NCBI GenBank assembly: GCA_964608465.1
Contig: CAZSNI010000001.1
Span: 16,215-80,214, forward strand
DNA from: an uncultured Candidatus Saccharibacteria bacterium
GTDB taxonomy: Bacteria > Patescibacteriota > Minisyncoccia > Phycocordibacterales > DATDWN01
DNA: 64,000 nucleotides
Reading direction: 5' to 3'
In this document: positions 56,591 to 64,000 of the stretch, one piece after another
Layout: each line of letters begins with the position of its first letter
Position numbering within the stretch: the stretch's first letter is position 1
Program-made: the position numbers and the translations under genes
Notes under the pieces: generated by a model
Database searches by the model: none
Told to the model about the DNA's origin: nothing
What the model saw: the letters and a program-made list of their open reading frames with translations, nothing else

Positions 56591-58456
56591 ATGGAAAAAA
56601 ACGAAAAAACGACAGACTTAGATAGAAGTATAGAAAAAGTGACGGCTGGAACATCTAGCACGCCTGCTCCACGAGCACACGGAGCATCTCCAAAACCAAG
56701 ATCATTTGGAAAGAGATCTTTTGGTAGAAGAGATACACCTACTGTACGAGGTACAGCAAGAAAGGTGGAAGATATTATCCCCCCACTTGAAGGAAACAAC
56801 ATCCGAATCATACCGCTAGGAGGAGTAGAAGAAATCGGCAGAAACATGACAATGATCGAATACAAGGGAGATATCATCGTGATTGATATTGGTTTTCAAT
56901 TCAAAGACGAAGATACGCCTGGTATCGACTATATTTTGCCAAACACAAAATACCTTGAAGACAACAAAGAAAGAATCAAAGCTGTTTTCATCACACACGG
57001 ACACTTGGACCACATTGGAGGTATTCCTTTCGTTATCGATAGAATTGGTTACCCAAAAATCTACACGAGACAGTTCGGAGCGATAATGGTTCAAAAAAGA
57101 CAAGATGAGTTCCCTCACCTTAAACCACTTGATATACAAGTTATTGAAGGAAACGAAACTATTACAGTAGGTTCACTGAAAGTAAAAACTTTCCCTATTT
57201 CTCACACAATCCCAGACTCAATGGGACTAGTTATAGAAACAGAGCAAGGAAACATTGTTTTTATCGAAGACGTGCGTGTAGACAATATGAACGGAGTTCC
57301 GACAGAAGAAGAAGTCGAGCAATACAAGAGATTTAAAGACATGAACGTTCTTCTGCTTACTATGGACTCTACTTCAATTGAAAAACCTGGCTTTTCACTT
57401 TCTGAAAACGTTGTGGTAGACAACATAGATAAGTTTATTAAAGACACAAAAAGTAGACTTATTATCGCGACTTTCGCTTCCCAAGTAGAAAGAATCATCG
57501 CTATCATAAAATCTGCAGAGAAATACGGCAAGAAACTTGTTATTGAGGGACGCTCAATGAAATCAAACATTGAAATCATCAAACAACTTAAGTTGGTGGA
57601 AGTAAGTAATATTATTCCTCTAGAGGATATCGAAAACTACCCTCCAGACAGAATCATTATGCTTGTTACTGGCGCACAAGGAGAAGAATTCGCAGCGCTT
57701 ATGAGAATTGCAAACAAAACTCACAAGTATGTTCGCCTAAAACCAACAGACACAGTTCTACTTTCAGCATCAGTTATTCCAACAAACCACAAGTCAGTTG
57801 TGAACTTGAAAGATAACCTATACAGGTCTGGTGCAAAAATCGTTACTTATCTAGACTCAGATATTCACGCTTCTGGTCACGGAAACAGAGACGAGCTGAA
57901 GTGGATTCACCAACAGATTCCTTACAAGTTCTTTATGCCTGTTCACGGACAACACTACATGTTGTGCCAACACGCAGAACTTTCTTACTCACTTGGCCAC
58001 GCAAAAGAAGATATCGTTATCCCAGACAACGGTTCTATTGTTGAGATTTATGACAACGGTGCAAAGATCAGAATACTAAAAGAAAAAGTACCAGCAAGCT
58101 TGGTTCTAGTTGATGGTTTTGCAGTTGGAAACATACAGGAAATGGTTATCCGTGACAGAAAAATGCTGGCACAAGATGGAATCTTCCTTATCGTTGTAAG
58201 TCTAAACACGAAAACAGGAAAGCTTAAAAAGTCCCCTGACATTATTTCTAGAGGTTTCGTTTACTTGCGAGAGTCACAAGACCTACTAAACCACACAAGA
58301 ATGATAATCAAAAAGACAGTGGAAGATACAACAAAAGGTATGAACCCTATCGACTTTGACCTTATCAAGGGTGCGCTAGTAGATGATGTTGGAAGATACT
58401 TGTTCCAGCAAACAGCTAAAAAACCTATTGTGATTCCAGTAATACTTGGAGTTTAA
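56591..58456 (+). CDS. rnj: Ribonuclease J
   Basis: PLGGVEEIGRN, THGHLDHIG, HASGH, SRGFVY. Confidence 0.94.
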   Translation: MEKNEKTTDLDRSIEKVTAGTSSTPAPRAHGASPKPRSFGKRSFGRRDTPTVRGTARKVEDIIPPLEGNNIRIIPLGGVEEIGRNMTMIEYKGDIIVIDIGFQFKDEDTPGIDYILPNTKYLEDNKERIKAVFITHGHLDHIGGIPFVIDRIGYPKIYTRQFGAIMVQKRQDEFPHLKPLDIQVIEGNETITVGSLKVKTFPISHTIPDSMGLVIETEQGNIVFIEDVRVDNMNGVPTEEEVEQYKRFKDMNVLLLTMDSTSIEKPGFSLSENVVVDNIDKFIKDTKSRLIIATFASQVERIIAIIKSAEKYGKKLVIEGRSMKSNIEIIKQLKLVEVSNIIPLEDIENYPPDRIIMLVTGAQGEEFAALMRIANKTHKYVRLKPTDTVLLSASVIPTNHKSVVNLKDNLYRSGAKIVTYLDSDIHASGHGNRDELKWIHQQIPYKFFMPVHGQHYMLCQHAELSYSLGHAKEDIVIPDNGSIVEIYDNGAKIRILKEKVPASLVLVDGFAVGNIQEMVIRDRKMLAQDGIFLIVVSLNTKTGKLKKSPDIISRGFVYLRESQDLLNHTRMIIKKTVEDTTKGMNPIDFDLIKGALVDDVGRYLFQQTAKKPIVIPVILGV

Positions 58457-58473
58457 AAATAAAAATGTTTACT

Positions 58474-58499
58474 GAAAAATCTCCGAAAGGAGATTTTTC
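58474..58499 (+). terminator. Intrinsic terminator
   Basis: GAAAAATCTCC-GAAA-GGAGATTTTTC. Confidence 0.75.
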
Positions 58500-58538
58500 C
58501 TTTAACTATGAAGAAAAGTTTATTATAATGTATACAGT

Positions 58539-59714
58539 ATGGACAGAGTTCTACTTCCTTTTAAACAAAACAAACTCCTCAACACTCTTTTTCTTTCAAA
58601 CATTTTTGTTTCTTTTCACTATGCATTGGTTATTTATCTAAACTCCTCATTTTTGAGTAACTATTTTGAAGACTCTCAGATATCTACACTGTATATTATT
58701 GGTTCTATACTAAATGTTGTAATACTTCTTAACGCCTCAAAAATTCTAGAAAAGGTAAGCAACTACAAATTTTCACTTTACACGATTGGAATAGAGTTTA
58801 CAGCCATACTTTGTTTAGCTTTTACAAACAGCCCCTTTCTTATAGCACTCAGTTTTATTACCCACCTTTCTGCAATATCGACTCTACTTTTCAACCTAGA
58901 TGTTTTCGTTGAAAGTGTTTCAGATGACGAATCTTTAACTGGAAGCATACGTGGAACATACCTCACCATAACAAACATCATGATTGTTCTCGCTCCGCTT
59001 TCGATTTCCTTCCTTTTGGCAAACGGAAACTATTCTTCGGTTTACATTCTTTCAGCTTTACTTTTAATACCTCTCTACCTGATAGTTAGAAAGTTTAAAC
59101 ATGTAAACGAGGCAAAGATGCACCATATTGAAATACAAAAGACAGTTGGTGAATATATAAAAGATAGTAACTTATACAATGTATTTGTATCCCATACCCT
59201 ACTCCAACTTTTTTATGGTTTTATGGTTATTTATACTCCACTATATTTAGAAAAGTATATTGGTTTTGCATGGTCTGAAATTGGAATCATATTCACCATA
59301 ATGCTACTGCCATTTGTAATTTTTGAACTTCCTGTTGGAGAACTCGCTGATGACAAGTATGGAGAAAAAGAATTTATGACTATAGGTTTTGCGATTATGG
59401 GACTTTTTACTCTAGTGATAAGTTTTATAACTGTAAAAAACTTTTGGCTGTGGGCGATAATACTTTTTATTACTAGAATCGGAGCAAGTTTAGTGGAAGT
59501 TAGTACTGAAAGCTATTTCTTTAAAAAAGTTAACAAAAAAAGAACCGACGTTGTCAGTCTTTTTAGAATTAGTAGACCTCTAGCACTCGTTATTGCACCA
59601 GTTATTGCAACCGTAGCGTTCGGCTTCATTCCATTTAAGTATATTTTCATAATCGTAGGATCGATTATGATTATGGGGACACATTATTCGTTAGCCTTGC
59701 GAGACACTAAATAA
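58539..59714 (+). CDS. MFS transporter
   Basis: About 12 TMs; G.LAD.YG motif. Confidence 0.85.
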   Translation: MDRVLLPFKQNKLLNTLFLSNIFVSFHYALVIYLNSSFLSNYFEDSQISTLYIIGSILNVVILLNASKILEKVSNYKFSLYTIGIEFTAILCLAFTNSPFLIALSFITHLSAISTLLFNLDVFVESVSDDESLTGSIRGTYLTITNIMIVLAPLSISFLLANGNYSSVYILSALLLIPLYLIVRKFKHVNEAKMHHIEIQKTVGEYIKDSNLYNVFVSHTLLQLFYGFMVIYTPLYLEKYIGFAWSEIGIIFTIMLLPFVIFELPVGELADDKYGEKEFMTIGFAIMGLFTLVISFITVKNFWLWAIILFITRIGASLVEVSTESYFFKKVNKKRTDVVSLFRISRPLALVIAPVIATVAFGFIPFKYIFIIVGSIMIMGTHYSLALRDTK

Positions 59715-60370
59715 TGATTTCCTTCGGAATCTTTTTCTGAATCAATTGTAAGTTGAGCAAAATCTGGAAATTCAATAAGAATATCCTCGACAATATCTGT
59801 CTGTCCATCTTTTAGTGCAAGGTAATATGCTTCTCTAGCGGCACTTGTCGCCTCCTCTAATTTTCCCCCAGTCCTTAACAAATCCATGACTCTTAAATTG
59901 TGTACAATATTGGCACGAACAGTGTTCTCAGCTGTAACTGCTTTCATACTTTGAACAATCCACTCTTCCATTAACTCTGCTGACCGAGCATCTTCAAAAC
60001 CGTAAGTTTCTATGTACTTTTGTACTGCAAGTTTATTTTTCTTAATTACATCTGGAGTTAATGCTTCAACTTTATTACTGCCATTAATTTCAATATGTTT
60101 TGCCAATATTGCATCAGCGACAGACTCAAGATCGGTTTTATCCGAAACTTGAACTCCAAGTGCTAACAATTCTTGTGCATATTTTACTGAGATATTTATA
60201 CCTCTCTTAACTAAAATGCTATCTTTTTTTCCAGTAATAACACCAATCTCTTCAACGGTTAATTCCAAGTTACTCAAAGACTCAGCTTTATCTAGCTTAG
60301 TTTCTTCAGGTTTCTTCTCCTCTTCAGGCTCAGGTGGCAAAACTGGCGCTCCGAAATCTTCTATTCCCAT
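59684..60370 (-). CDS. Hypothetical acidic protein
   Basis: 228-aa ORF directly following the GH130 gene. Confidence 0.65.
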   Translation of the reverse strand: MGIEDFGAPVLPPEPEEEKKPEETKLDKAESLSNLELTVEEIGVITGKKDSILVKRGINISVKYAQELLALGVQVSDKTDLESVADAILAKHIEINGSNKVEALTPDVIKKNKLAVQKYIETYGFEDARSAELMEEWIVQSMKAVTAENTVRANIVHNLRVMDLLRTGGKLEEATSAAREAYYLALKDGQTDIVEDILIEFPDFAQLTIDSEKDSEGNHYLVSRKANE

Positions 60371-60371
60371 T

Positions 60372-62279
60372 TTATTTTGTAGTTAGTACGTCCAGTAATT
60401 TCTTAAGTGATATTGAGGCAACATCTATAACAGAATCCCCGCCTCCGTAGTACATATATATGTAACTATTTCTAACTATAGCACCGCAAGGAAACACAAC
60501 ATAGTTTACCTGACCCTCTATCTCATAGGCCTCTCTAGGCTCAAAAATAGGGTCTGTGGTACGCGCTAGAACCTTTGTTGGGTCTTTCAAGTCTAGTAAA
60601 ACAGCCCCTACTCTATAACGAGAACGTCCTGATACTCCGTGATACAAAAGTATCCAGCCTTTGCTTGTTTTAATTGGTGGAACAGACATCCCAACTTTTA
60701 CAGAATCCCACATACCCTTACGAGCTTTTATAAGTGGAATGTTTTTAAAGTTATTTCTTTCTGGAAAAGCAGGTGTCGAACCATAGTCTACACAAACATA
60801 GTTGTGCACTCTGTGATACAAAAGATACTTCCCATTCACTCTCTCAGGATGCAAACATCCGTCCTTATCATCAACTCCATCTGCAGTAACCAGAACCGGC
60901 TTAGTCCATTTCCATTTTCTATTTTTTAAGTCACTTTCTTTTATACTAGACATAGCAACGGATGGAGGAGTTATGCCGTTATATGCTGTGTAGTAGATAT
61001 ATATTGTATTACCGATCTTTATCAACCTCGGATCTTCACAACCTGAGTTTCCGTTCGGGACGCCCTTTGCTTCAAAACCTTCACGTGGTACATAAGCTGG
61101 CTTGTCAGAAATATATGAAATATCCGTAGCGTTTACACTCTCTGCATAACCCACAACTGAAGTATTGTCGTTGCCCATAGCTCTATAAAAAATTCTTGCT
61201 GTTCCATCTACATCAATAGCAGCAGGATTGAAAATTGCTTTTTCCTCCCACGGAATATTTTTTCTTGGCTTCATTAAAGCACCCTCGCCAATACGATGAA
61301 AACCTATTTCTCTGTACGGATACTCCATAACATCTAGCAACTGATCTAGGTTTACTTTTGCCATAGCGATAGTTGTATCTGTGGCTCCATAGTAAATATG
61401 CAGATCCCCCCCTTTTATCATTGCGCCACTAGGGAAAATAGTATTCCCTATAGTACCGTTTATTTCATATGGCTCCTCTGGAACAACAAGAGCTCCACGT
61501 GTTTTACCTATAATTTTTTTAGGATCTTTAAGATCAAGCAGAAGCGCTTCAATAGCGAAAACTCTATCATGCGACTTGTGGTTTTGAATTCTGCATGTAA
61601 CCAATAGCCAACCTCTCTCTGTTTTTATAGGACAACTACCGATTTCAATTCTGTCTATATCATCACCGTGTATAAAAATATGTTTATCCAGCTTGTCATA
61701 CCATTTTTTCCAGTACTTTTCATCCCACATGTCTTCAATTTTTGAAAACTCTGCAATAGCAAGGTGAGTCGGTAGTCTGTCTGGGTTTACAGTAAGAAGC
61801 GCGACGTACTTGCCGTTTATTTTTTCAGGAAACAATGTCATCGCCTTAGCATTAAAAGGAGTTACTAGGTGCTTCTCAGAAACTTTCTTCATATCACGAC
61901 TTATTGCAAGCCCCACCTTAATACCCTCAGGAATATTCAGTGGAAATGCAGAAATCGCTGTATAGAATATAAAATACTTTCCATCAATTTTTGTAACGCG
62001 AGGATCTTCACACCCATATCTTTCCCATGGATGCTCTGGAGAAATAAATACTTCTCTGTTTTTAAAATTCACACCATCCCTACTTTCTGCTTTGCCAATA
62101 ACAGACATTGAAAATGTATTACCCTCAACACGCTCAGGAGTACACTGTGCTCGGTATACCATATGTATCTTATCTTTTATTTGAATCGGGTTACCATTGA
62201 ATACAGCATAATTCTCCCAAGAATTTTCTTGATTTGGTGCCAGTATTGGATTTAGTTTTGATCTTTTTACTACGTACAT
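60372..62279 (-). CDS. Tandem two-domain GH130-like glycosidase/phosphorylase
   Basis: Two copies of FN.., GCEDPR, YYG..D propeller motifs. Confidence 0.88.
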   Translation of the reverse strand: MYVVKRSKLNPILAPNQENSWENYAVFNGNPIQIKDKIHMVYRAQCTPERVEGNTFSMSVIGKAESRDGVNFKNREVFISPEHPWERYGCEDPRVTKIDGKYFIFYTAISAFPLNIPEGIKVGLAISRDMKKVSEKHLVTPFNAKAMTLFPEKINGKYVALLTVNPDRLPTHLAIAEFSKIEDMWDEKYWKKWYDKLDKHIFIHGDDIDRIEIGSCPIKTERGWLLVTCRIQNHKSHDRVFAIEALLLDLKDPKKIIGKTRGALVVPEEPYEINGTIGNTIFPSGAMIKGGDLHIYYGATDTTIAMAKVNLDQLLDVMEYPYREIGFHRIGEGALMKPRKNIPWEEKAIFNPAAIDVDGTARIFYRAMGNDNTSVVGYAESVNATDISYISDKPAYVPREGFEAKGVPNGNSGCEDPRLIKIGNTIYIYYTAYNGITPPSVAMSSIKESDLKNRKWKWTKPVLVTADGVDDKDGCLHPERVNGKYLLYHRVHNYVCVDYGSTPAFPERNNFKNIPLIKARKGMWDSVKVGMSVPPIKTSKGWILLYHGVSGRSRYRVGAVLLDLKDPTKVLARTTDPIFEPREAYEIEGQVNYVVFPCGAIVRNSYIYMYYGGGDSVIDVASISLKKLLDVLTTK

Positions 62280-62283
62280 ATAT

Positions 62284-63354
62284 TTATATTTTATCAGTAA
62301 ACCAGAAAATTATATATGGTTTGTTCTTAGGATAAGGATAATCACCTAAATACCGAAGAAACGGCCATCTCCATTTACTTATACTTTTTGTTGGGTAAGT
62401 TACAAGCATGCGGGGATAGAACTTTCTTAGATCATTAAATGTATTGAATGTTTCAATTCTCTTAACAACTCTTTCAAATGCTGGGATAGGCCATTTTTTA
62501 AAACTAACTCCGGATCTCTTAAAAATTAGCGTGTCTCCAACCTTAATTTTACTATAATCAACATACTTTTCATTTACTAACCGAGTTTCGTATTGCTTTT
62601 TATTTAAATAAACTAGTTTATGAATCCACAGATCTGGTTTATAACTATGAATTGTATGAACTGTGCCGTCGTAAATAGGATATTTACGCATTAAATTCAT
62701 ATAATCATCATATTTTATTCTGAACTTATCCTTGTACTGTGGATTTTTAACCAACCAATTCGAAATATCAGTATACCCGCCATGAAATCCAAACTGATTA
62801 TTCCATACTATAGTTCTCTCATTCCCTTCCCAAGAGAAAACAGATGCTACAGATTCAGGAGCAAATCGCATTCCATCTTTTTCTAAATATTCACGAGCAT
62901 ATCGAGAAATAAATATGTCTTCTGGATCAATCTTATTATTTATTATTGACCAATTCTCGCTTAGCCATTTAATAAGTCTTTTACTCCTCAGACTAAAACC
63001 ACCATTTCCAACTCTTAAGTCACCAATGTGATACCAGCAAGCGCCAATGTAATCATAATTTAAAAAATCATCAGACCAAGCCTTGGGATTCAAAATAAAA
63101 CCGTCATATTGAAAAACTAATGCATATTCAGTATCAATATACTTATCTAGTTCTTTTATCATGAAACTAGAATACTCGTCTCTATTTTTAATTTTTTTTA
63201 TGTGTACTACTCTAGGATCAGTACTCGCAATTGAAGTCAGAATTTTTACCTCCGCGAACTTAATCTCTTTAGTGCATATATCTGCTGCAAGTAAAACCCT
63301 ATCTAGATCAACACAATCAACTGCTACTAAAGTAACATTATCAAGTACTTTCAT
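62284..63354 (-). CDS. DUF5672 (glycosyltransferase-like) protein with C-terminal ASCH-like region
   Basis: QYDG, YDYIGA.W, VGNGGFSLRS, PED, FGFH. Confidence 0.8.
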   Translation of the reverse strand: MKVLDNVTLVAVDCVDLDRVLLAADICTKEIKFAEVKILTSIASTDPRVVHIKKIKNRDEYSSFMIKELDKYIDTEYALVFQYDGFILNPKAWSDDFLNYDYIGACWYHIGDLRVGNGGFSLRSKRLIKWLSENWSIINNKIDPEDIFISRYAREYLEKDGMRFAPESVASVFSWEGNERTIVWNNQFGFHGGYTDISNWLVKNPQYKDKFRIKYDDYMNLMRKYPIYDGTVHTIHSYKPDLWIHKLVYLNKKQYETRLVNEKYVDYSKIKVGDTLIFKRSGVSFKKWPIPAFERVVKRIETFNTFNDLRKFYPRMLVTYPTKSISKWRWPFLRYLGDYPYPKNKPYIIFWFTDKI

Positions 63355-64000
63355 TATGCCTTTTTAAGCTGATAACTTTTTGCATTTCCAGTAACTAGAT
63401 ATTTCAAAAACTGTTTTAGAGGTGTCGTTGCAACACACACAACCTTATCTCCTCCCCCATAGTACACGTACAAGTCATCTCCACGAATAACTGTACCGGA
63501 TGCATAAACCACACCAGGCTTGCCATCGTTTTCGTAATGCATATCTGGTGAAAGTATTGGATGCTCTGATCGATACAAAACTTTTGTTGGATCGTTTTCA
63601 TCCAATATCATAGCGCCAAGTCTATACTTTCCAGTATCGTTTTTCTCTAATGCATGATAAAGAAGTAACCAGCCAAGTTCTGTTTTAACAGGTGGAGGTC
63701 CTGAACCTTTTAGCAAATGTGCCCAAGAATTTTTAGGACCTGGTTGTGGACCCTCAGGTCTTGGGCTGTGAATAATATCATCAAAAGTATCTAGATCATC
63801 AACATAGTCAACTAATACTTTTGGGTAAATACTGTGAAGCACAGCGAACTTTCCATTTATTTTTTCTGGGAATATCAGCCAGTTTTTGCTTCTATTTTTT
63901 GGTGATGAAATAAGTTTTGGTTTTTTCCATGTCCATCTACCAGCCTTAAAATCTTCAACACTGATTGAGGTAAGTGCTATTCTCATTGAGTCCCAACCTT
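63354..64000 (-). CDS. GH130-like glycosidase, C-terminal part (start outside window)
   Basis: KNWLIFPEKING, PPVKTELGWLLLYH, YYGGGD; frame open to window edge. Confidence 0.85.
   Translation of the reverse strand, partial: GWDSMRIALTSISVEDFKAGRWTWKKPKLISSPKNRSKNWLIFPEKINGKFAVLHSIYPKVLVDYVDDLDTFDDIIHSPRPEGPQPGPKNSWAHLLKGSGPPPVKTELGWLLLYHALEKNDTGKYRLGAMILDENDPTKVLYRSEHPILSPDMHYENDGKPGVVYASGTVIRGDDLYVYYGGGDKVVCVATTPLKQFLKYLVTGNAKSYQLKKA

Noticed and set aside
1-64000. CRISPR array, IS transposase or prophage
   Set aside because: No regularly spaced direct repeats and no cas, transposase, integrase or phage structural genes recognised
1-64000. Alternative genetic code (UGA as Gly, as in Gracilibacteria)
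   Set aside because: Conserved genes translate full length in the standard bacterial code with no in-frame TGA breaks

Overview
AT-rich bacterial chromosome segment. Gene content and style point to a Patescibacteria (CPR, Parcubacteria-like) genome: short PheS/PheT, split transketolase, type B L31, coiled-coil lytic transglycosylase, and mostly leaderless genes without Shine-Dalgarno (SD) sites; this assignment is inference. Housekeeping genes are gyrB (partial), pheST, tsf, rpsB, prfA, rpmE2, rplY, fba, tkt halves, rpe, rpiB, gap, nrdAB (class Ic signature), dinB, lemA, secG and rnj, plus tRNA-Thr(UGU) and tRNA-Ser(GGA). A low-GC defence island (about 38.6-46.0 kb) carries a helicase-fused Eco57I-like restriction-modification (RM) protein. 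The three most unusual signals are: (1) eleven GC-rich, self-contained expression units (own promoter, strong SD, mostly orphan ORF, GC-rich hairpin) scattered singly between host genes, one encoding an RpoD-like sigma with a second region-4-like domain; (2) tRNA-Ser(GGA) nested inside a second tRNA-like shell with a compensated acceptor stem; (3) 120-150 bp palindromic elements abutting stop codons, two sharing a covarying structural core. All calls are by eye from sequence and motifs; no searches were run.
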